64,000 bases of DNA from Gammaproteobacteria bacterium (GTDB lineage: Bacteria > Pseudomonadota > Gammaproteobacteria > Pseudomonadales > Azotimanducaceae), in the NCBI GenBank assembly GCA_038104735.1, contig JAYOBI010000007.1:9780-73779 (forward strand), given 5' to 3'. Under the pieces are notes generated by a model. It did not search any database and was not told where the DNA came from. It was given only the letters and a program-made list of their open reading frames with translations. Below, in pieces: positions 59,737-64,000 of the stretch (position 1 is the stretch's first letter; every line of letters begins with the position of its first letter). Both the position numbers and the translations under genes were made by a program.

Positions 59737-61233
59737 ATGTCGGTTAGGACACGTATTGCACCGTCCCCAACGGGAGACCCTCATGTTGGGACCGCGTACA
59801 TGGCGCTATTCAACTGGGCCTTTGCTCGCCATCATGGCGGCCAGTTTGTGCTGCGTATTGAAGATACCGACCAAGCTCGCAGCACTGAGGAATCCGAGCA
59901 GGCCATATATGAAGCGCTGGCGTGGTTGGGCCTGGATTGGGATGAGGGGCCCAATGTCGGCGGAACCTATGGCCCTTATCGGCAGAGCGAGCGCAAAAAG
60001 GTCCATCAACAGCACGTGCAGACGTTGCTGGATGAAGCAAAGGCCTTCTACTGTTTCTGCTCCAAAGAGCGGCTGGATGCGGTTCGCGCTGAACAGCAGG
60101 CCAACAAGCAAACCACTCGCTATGACGGGCATTGCTGCGACCTGGACGCTGCGGAGGTGGCGCGCCGGCGTGAGGCGGGTGAAAGCCACGTAATTCGCAT
60201 GCATGTGCCAGAGTCAGGCAACTGCACGTTTACTGACCGCCTGCGGGGTCAAATCACCATTCCCTACAGTCAGGTTGACATGCAGGTGCTGGTCAAAGCC
60301 GATGGCATGCCCACCTATCACCTGGCGGTGGTAATTGACGACCACCTAATGGAAATCACCCATATCCTGCGCGGTGAGGAGTGGTTGAATTCTGTGCCGA
60401 AGCATCAGCTGCTTTATGAATACTTCGGCTGGCCCATGCCGGAGTTGATTCACCTGCCGCTGCTGCGAAATCCGGATCAAAGCAAACTGTCAAAGCGCAA
60501 GAATCCGACCAGCATCACTTACTATCGGGACATGGGCTACCTGCCCGAGGCGCTGCTCAACTATCTCAGCCTGATGGGGTGGTCGATGCCTAACGAAGAA
60601 GAAATCTTCAGCCGCCAGGAAATGGTTGATGCATTTGATATCGATCGAGTCACCACCGGTGGGCCAATCTTTGATTTAGCTAAGCTGAGCTGGCTAAACG
60701 GGCAGTATTTGCGGCGTCTGGACGATGGTGAATACGCCCGCCGGGTGCAAGACTGGGCATTGAACCCTAAGCGGTTAAAGCAATTGATTCCGCTGGTTCG
60801 AGAGCGGGCCGAGCGCATGTCGGACCTATTGCCCCTGGTTAATTATTTGCTGGGCAATCTCCATGAGCTGTCTGAGGCAGACTTCGCGCACAAATCGTTA
60901 CAGCGCGCCGAGGTGCTGAAAATCCTTCACCACACCCTGTCAGCGTTCGATGAGATGCGCCGATGGCAGCGAGATGACTTATTCAACCTGTGTCAGCAGC
61001 TTGCTGCCGCCATGGACTTGAAATTTCGGGATTTCCTGTTTCCGCTATTTATTGCGACTAGTGGTCGGGCGGTTTCCTTACCCTTGTTTGACTCTTGGAT
61101 ATTTCTTGGTGCCGACCTGAGCCGAGCACGACTGCGGGCCGGATTGGATGCCCTGGGTGTGTCTAACAAAGAGCGTAAGCGGTTAGATAAGGAGTATCAG
61201 GCCCTGTTGCCCCTGGGCGCACAAGACCTCTAG
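59737..61233 (+). CDS. gltX: Glutamate--tRNA ligase
   Basis: RIAPSPTGDPHVG, LRIEDTD, RGEEW, KLSKR. Confidence 0.97.
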   Translation: MSVRTRIAPSPTGDPHVGTAYMALFNWAFARHHGGQFVLRIEDTDQARSTEESEQAIYEALAWLGLDWDEGPNVGGTYGPYRQSERKKVHQQHVQTLLDEAKAFYCFCSKERLDAVRAEQQANKQTTRYDGHCCDLDAAEVARRREAGESHVIRMHVPESGNCTFTDRLRGQITIPYSQVDMQVLVKADGMPTYHLAVVIDDHLMEITHILRGEEWLNSVPKHQLLYEYFGWPMPELIHLPLLRNPDQSKLSKRKNPTSITYYRDMGYLPEALLNYLSLMGWSMPNEEEIFSRQEMVDAFDIDRVTTGGPIFDLAKLSWLNGQYLRRLDDGEYARRVQDWALNPKRLKQLIPLVRERAERMSDLLPLVNYLLGNLHELSEADFAHKSLQRAEVLKILHHTLSAFDEMRRWQRDDLFNLCQQLAAAMDLKFRDFLFPLFIATSGRAVSLPLFDSWIFLGADLSRARLRAGLDALGVSNKERKRLDKEYQALLPLGAQDL

Positions 61234-61285
61234 GTTAGGTTGGCTTTGCGGCCAGCTCTGGAGTGCTCCGGACGGCGTTGGTTCA

Positions 61286-61314
61286 TTGACAGGGTGGCGA
61301 CGGCTACCTAATAT
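61286..61314 (+). promoter_or_regulatory. sigma70 promoter for the tRNA
   Basis: TTGACA-N17-TAATAT followed by GC-rich discriminator TCGCGC. Confidence 0.8.
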
Positions 61315-61326
61315 TCGCGCTTCGTT

Positions 61327-61402
61327 GGGGCCATAGCTCAGTTGGTAGAGCGCTTGAATGGCATTCAAGAGGTCGGGAGTTCGACTCTCCCTGGCTCCAC
61401 CA
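61327..61402 (+). tRNA. tRNA-Ala (GGC)
   Basis: GGGGCCA acceptor stem with G3:U70, anticodon arm CTTGA-ATGGCAT-TCAAG, GTTCGA T-loop, encoded CCA; 76 nt. Confidence 0.98.
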
Positions 61403-61418
61403 TCCCTACGTAGCTCCT

Positions 61419-61508
61419 GTAGAACGGGTTGTAACCCGACTTGTCGGGCTCAAGCCCGACCTACTCGAGCCACGTGCATCACCTTAGTAGATCGGTTTTT
61501 AACCCGAT
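61419..61508. repeat. Cluster of GTAG-type REP palindromes (inverted doublet + third copy)
   Basis: GTAGAACGGGTTGTAACCCGAC (61419-61440, +), GTAGGTCGGGCTTGAGCCCGAC (61443-61464, -), GTAGATCGGTTTTTAACCCGAT (61487-61508, +). Confidence 0.75.
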
Positions 61509-61591
61509 AAATCTAACCGCCTGACAAATCCATTCGCCCGACAAACCGTTTTATGTTGAGGCGGTGCGACGGTGGTTTTATATTCAGCCTT

Positions 61592-62695
61592 ATGGATATG
61601 CGCGGCGTTTTTCTTATTGCTTTGGCGGCTTTTTGCGGTGGCTGTGCCACCACGGAGCGAGCTGACCGTGTCCGCTATGCTCCAGAGCTGATAGACGGTA
61701 GAGCAGTTTTTGGTCAGGCCGTTGCTGCTGCACCTGCCCAATCGGTGTTGTCTGTCACGCCTGCAATGAGGGACTTCATTAACAACGATATTGGTAACTC
61801 CGCGTTCCCCCATCAGCGTTTCCGCCGCCTGATGCAAAAGCTCGAAGGGCAGGATTTTTTCGTTAATCCTTATGACCAATCCGCCACATTCTCTGCTGCA
61901 CAAACCTTTACGTCCAAGCGGGGCAATTGCGTCGCCTACACGAATCTGTTTATTGCTCTTGCTCGTGAAGCCAGCCTTGATGCCAGGTATCAAAAGGTTC
62001 ACGTGCCGCCGAAATGGGAACTAAGCTCTGGCCTGTTGTTGCGGGTTAACCACATCAACGTTCACGTGGCCGGGGTTCGACTGCCCGGTGCCGGTAGTGA
62101 TGAACTCAGCGTTGATTTCAATTCGGTAGTGCCCGCAGAGGGTGTGGCAACGGAAATCATCAGCGATGCTCATGCCGAGTCGATGTTTTACGCCAACCTG
62201 AGCATCGATCATCTGCATGAGGGGGACTATGAGCAGGCTTTTGCCTACCTCAAGAGGGCAGTGTTGACGGCGCCAGACAACCCGGATGTATGGACCAATC
62301 TTGGCGCCCTGTATTCGATATTGGACCATGACGCTTATGCAGAGCAGGCTTACCGGGTTGCACGCAGCATCGACGGGAAAGACCCGGCGGCCATGGCCGG
62401 CTTGGCCAAGGCGCTGCGTAATCAAGGGCGCGTGGCCGAGGCGGAAATTTTCACTGCCATGGTGTCGCGCTATCAAAGCGCCAATCCTTACTATCACTTC
62501 GCTAAGGCTGAGCAGGCGTTCAGTGTGGGTGCCTACGACACCGCCTTGGAATCCATTAATCGTGCCATCAAGCTAAAGCGGCGCAGTCCAGAATTTTATG
62601 CGCTTCGGGCGGCGACTGCTCAGCAGCTTGGCAATGCCAGACTTCATGCTAAAAGCATTCGTCTTCAGCATCGTTTCAGCAAAGAAGACTCCTAG
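61592..62695 (+). CDS. Exported transglutaminase-like (Cys-His-Asp) + TPR protein
   Basis: Signal/lipoprotein-like N-terminus, RGNCVAYT, NHINV, VDFN, then several TPRs. Confidence 0.7.
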   Translation: MDMRGVFLIALAAFCGGCATTERADRVRYAPELIDGRAVFGQAVAAAPAQSVLSVTPAMRDFINNDIGNSAFPHQRFRRLMQKLEGQDFFVNPYDQSATFSAAQTFTSKRGNCVAYTNLFIALAREASLDARYQKVHVPPKWELSSGLLLRVNHINVHVAGVRLPGAGSDELSVDFNSVVPAEGVATEIISDAHAESMFYANLSIDHLHEGDYEQAFAYLKRAVLTAPDNPDVWTNLGALYSILDHDAYAEQAYRVARSIDGKDPAAMAGLAKALRNQGRVAEAEIFTAMVSRYQSANPYYHFAKAEQAFSVGAYDTALESINRAIKLKRRSPEFYALRAATAQQLGNARLHAKSIRLQHRFSKEDS

Positions 62696-62842
62696 ATCCT
62701 GCAAAGCAAACTAGCCCGTCGTTAATCTTTAAGTTCTGGCGCTGATGTTCCCCATGAGCAGCTGCACCAGCTGAAGTGTGAAGCTGTTCTGCTTGTAGAA
62801 CTTTTGGCTTGTAATCGCGGGTTGTTTTTCCGAATTTTTTTT

Positions 62843-62864
62843 GCAAATGAGAATCAATCTCATT
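62843..62864. promoter_or_regulatory. Fur box upstream of the TonB-dependent receptor
   Basis: GCA-AATGAGA-ATCAA-TCTCATT, an inverted repeat close to the Fur consensus, 32 nt before the ATG. Confidence 0.85.
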
Positions 62865-62896
62865 AATGTTCGCGTCGTTTATTAAGGATCGACCCA

Positions 62897-64000
62897 ATGA
62901 AAAATTCGAAGCTCGCCATGTCTTTGTGTCTGTTGTTTGCGGCGTCTTTTGCGACAGCAGATGACGCACCCGCTGCGCTGGGCGGAGAGATGGACGAGGT
63001 GCTGGTCCTGGGGGAGGTGCTGTTTCAGGATCAAATCAATGCCTTGAAGACCCCTACACCGATTATCGACGTGCCGCAAAGCGTTTTCGTGATTGGCAGC
63101 CAGGAGATAGAGCGCCGGGGGTTCAGCAGCCTCGGGGACATCATACGCCATGTGCCCGGCGTGAATGCCTCCCAAGGCGAGGGTCACAGAGATTCGGTGG
63201 TTTTTCGCGGTGTGCGCTCCACGGCAGATTTTTTTATCGATGGTGTGCGGGACGACGTTCAATACTACCGTCCCCTGTATAACCTTGAGCAGGTCGAAGT
63301 ACTTCGCGGCCCCAACGCACTGATCTTTGGTCGCGGGGGCACTGGGGGCGTTTTGAACCGGGTCACGAAAAAAGGCGTACTTGATACAAGCTTCACAACG
63401 TTGGGGGTTGCTGGGGATACCTTCGGCGGCGCAATGCTGCAGCTCGACCGCAACGTTGCGGTAAGCGCTGATGCCGCTGTGCGTTTGAATGCCTACTATG
63501 AGCGGTTAGAAAATCACCGGAACCATTTTGACGGCGACCAAATGGGCGTTAATCCCACAGCGAAAATCCGCTTGTCTGATGCGACCACGGTTGATCTCTA
63601 CTACGAGTATCTGGATCAGGAGCGGTTCATTGATCGAGGTATTCCCACAGGCGCAGACGGTCGCCCGGTAGAGAACTTCAAAGACACGGTTTTCGGTGAT
63701 CCCCAGCTCAATACATCGGAGCTTAAGGCTCACCTGATGAAGGCGATGGTCCAGCATCGTTTTTCCGATGCCATGAAAGGCAACATCAGCCTGTTCTACG
63801 GTGATTACGACAAGTCCTATCAAAACTTTTACGCCGCGGCATACGATCAAGCCGCTGCACCAAATATTGTCACCCTGGACGGCTATATCGACACCACCCA
63901 ACGCGAGAACCTGCTAGTTTCTGGTGACTTAGTTGGTGAATTCGCTTTGGGTGCAACGGTCCATACGTTGCTGTTGGGCGTCGAGATTCTTAATACGTCC
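62897..64000 (+). CDS. TonB-dependent siderophore receptor (Fiu/PiuA-like), truncated by the window end
   Basis: Not in the ORF track. Hand translation: MKNSKLAMSL.. signal, DEVLVLG TonB box, DVPQSV, VPGV, FRG...FFIDGVRD, EQVEVLRGPNAL.FGRG. Confidence 0.92.
   Translation, partial: MKNSKLAMSLCLLFAASFATADDAPAALGGEMDEVLVLGEVLFQDQINALKTPTPIIDVPQSVFVIGSQEIERRGFSSLGDIIRHVPGVNASQGEGHRDSVVFRGVRSTADFFIDGVRDDVQYYRPLYNLEQVEVLRGPNALIFGRGGTGGVLNRVTKKGVLDTSFTTLGVAGDTFGGAMLQLDRNVAVSADAAVRLNAYYERLENHRNHFDGDQMGVNPTAKIRLSDATTVDLYYEYLDQERFIDRGIPTGADGRPVENFKDTVFGDPQLNTSELKAHLMKAMVQHRFSDAMKGNISLFYGDYDKSYQNFYAAAYDQAAAPNIVTLDGYIDTTQRENLLVSGDLVGEFALGATVHTLLLGVEILNTS

Noticed and set aside
61327-62000. Integrative element at tRNA-Ala
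   Set aside because: No integrase gene and no duplicated tRNA 3' end (att site) within the window.

Overview
About 64 kb of bacterial chromosome, inferred from gene content and order to come from a Pseudomonadales-like, probably marine, gammaproteobacterium. The core backbone runs ppiD, mltD, yafS-rnhA-dnaQ, nadK, pepN, a MoxR/VWA/Bat operon, pyrD, slt, usp, topA, lexA, csiV-mfd, gap, gltX and tRNA-Ala(GGC). Metabolic accessory genes are interspersed, mostly at 5.9-23 kb and 34-39 kb. I saw no transposase, integrase, phage gene or CRISPR array. Main items for follow-up: (1) a translationally coupled operon of a C39-like Cys peptidase, a RimJ-type GNAT and a stand-alone D-Ala-D-Ala-ligase-type ATP-grasp; (2) a dephospho-CoA kinase resembling the animal COASY kinase domain, paired with a PHP phosphoesterase; (3) an lva-like acyl-CoA dehydrogenase / fused LvaA-LvaB kinase / SDR cluster; (4) a 151-bp-period tandem duplication of the apparent mfd promoter beside a korCAB-like 2-oxoacid oxidoreductase cassette; (5) a 3-residue in-frame gap in the CysE beta-helix; (6) an HPRT-like protein with a degenerate active site; (7) an F420-dependent reductase-family gene; (8) three tandem LexA boxes, a Fur box and a GTAG-REP cluster. 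All family assignments come from motif recognition by eye; no database searches were run.
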